Shown one piece after another: positions 63,219 through 64,000 of a stretch of DNA of 64,000 nucleotides. The stretch comes from an uncultured delta proteobacterium. GTDB taxonomy: Bacteria; Desulfobacterota; Binatia; UBA9968. Position 1 is the first letter of the stretch. Every line of letters begins with the position of its first letter. The translations under genes were made by a program, and so were the position numbers. The notes below the pieces were generated by a model. That model was given only the letters and a program-made list of their open reading frames with translations. It did not search any database and had not been told where the DNA came from. The DNA lies in assembly GCA_963816145.1 (NCBI GenBank), contig CAWFJP010000018.1, positions 96,001 to 160,000 on the forward strand, read 5' to 3'.

Positions 63219-64000
63219 TTAGTTCTTGCTGCCGCTAAAGTAAGCGATCATCGCTGCGAGCAAGCCGTCGATGGTGAACTCGCGCGCCATGACTGCGACG
63301 CGGCCGCCCAACTCTTCGATGGTCTTTGCCGTGATCGGCCCGATGCTGGCGATCGCGGCGGCACCAACCAGCGCCGCGAGCGAATCGCCGCCGCAGAGCT
63401 GGACGAAGTTACTCACCGTGCTCGAACTGGTGAAGGTGATCATATCGATGCTGCCCTGTTGTAAGCGCTGGCGAATCGCCGCCGCATCGAACCCCGGTGC
63501 GACGGTTCGATAGGTCTCGACGACATCGACGGTCGCGCCCCATTCGCGCAGCGTCTGCGGCAGCACATCGCGAGCCTTGGCGGCCCGTGGGATCAAAACT
63601 CGCTTACCGGCCAGTAGCGATGGATTCAAGGATTCAAGGATGCCTTCGGCCTGGTATCGACGCGGGATTACCGCCACGGCAACGCCCGCAGCGAAAAGCC
63701 GCTTGGCGGTCTCGGCACCGATGGCAGCCACTTGCGCGTGGCCCAGGTCGGCTGACCGCTTTCCCTGCCATTTTCAAGCGTTCAATGAACGGCTCGACAC
63801 TGTTAACACTGGTAAAAATAATCCAGTGGTAAGCGTCGATTTGTTGCACCGCTCGATCCAATTCAGCAAAACTCAAGGGCGGCTCGATTTCGATGGTCGG
63901 AAATTCGATCACTTCGCCGCCCATAGCTTCGATGCGCTGCGCCAATCCACCGGCTTGTTTACGCGCCCGGGTCACGACAATGCGCCGCCCGCCTAACGGT
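63219..64000 (-). CDS. hemD: Uroporphyrinogen-III synthase domain (possibly C-terminus of a CobA-HemD fusion); frameshift near 63752; runs off window
   Basis: [37 protein letters not shown]. Confidence 0.88.

Noticed and set aside
52985-64000. Programmed frameshifts or true pseudogenes in penicillin acylase, SBP and hemD
   Set aside because: No slippery motifs noticed; hemD is normally required for tetrapyrrole synthesis; likely sequencing indels
1-64000. tRNA/rRNA genes or a tRNA-anchored integration site
   Set aside because: No cloverleaf or rRNA-like sequence recognised by eye; tRNAscan-SE would be needed to exclude

Overview
GC-rich bacterial window in two parts. The gene repertoire (NMT1-type SBPs, amidohydrolase, UbiD, LLM, ComDE-like) suggests a Binatota/Deltaproteobacteria-like genome; this is inference. 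(1) About 2.3-38 kb is an accessory mosaic. It holds about a dozen complete or broken type II toxin-antitoxin modules, defence genes (type I R-M with fused M-S, interrupted by a DUF4338-ISAs1 element; a PHP+ATPase Ppl/TrlF-like gene; NERD; DUF429) and a few metabolic genes. These are separated cassette-like by several repeat families: RAYT (Y1 transposase) 3'-end remnants ending in a GGTCCGACCCG motif (11 copies) and co-oriented periodic GTTCCA/GTTCAA tracts. No integrase, attC or CRISPR is visible. (2) About 38-64 kb is mostly core genes (lgt, dtd, trmL, ABC, ubiD-like, coxG/M/S-like, rpoH, rpoZ, comDE-like, GST, penicillin acylase, hemB, hemD). It also holds an ECF sigma/anti-sigma locus followed by a probable exported peroxiredoxin-like selenoprotein (in-frame TGA at the catalytic Cys position plus a SECIS-like hairpin). 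Many single-base frameshifts, including one in hemD, suggest sequencing errors, so pseudogene calls are provisional. All family assignments are by motif recognition, not database search.
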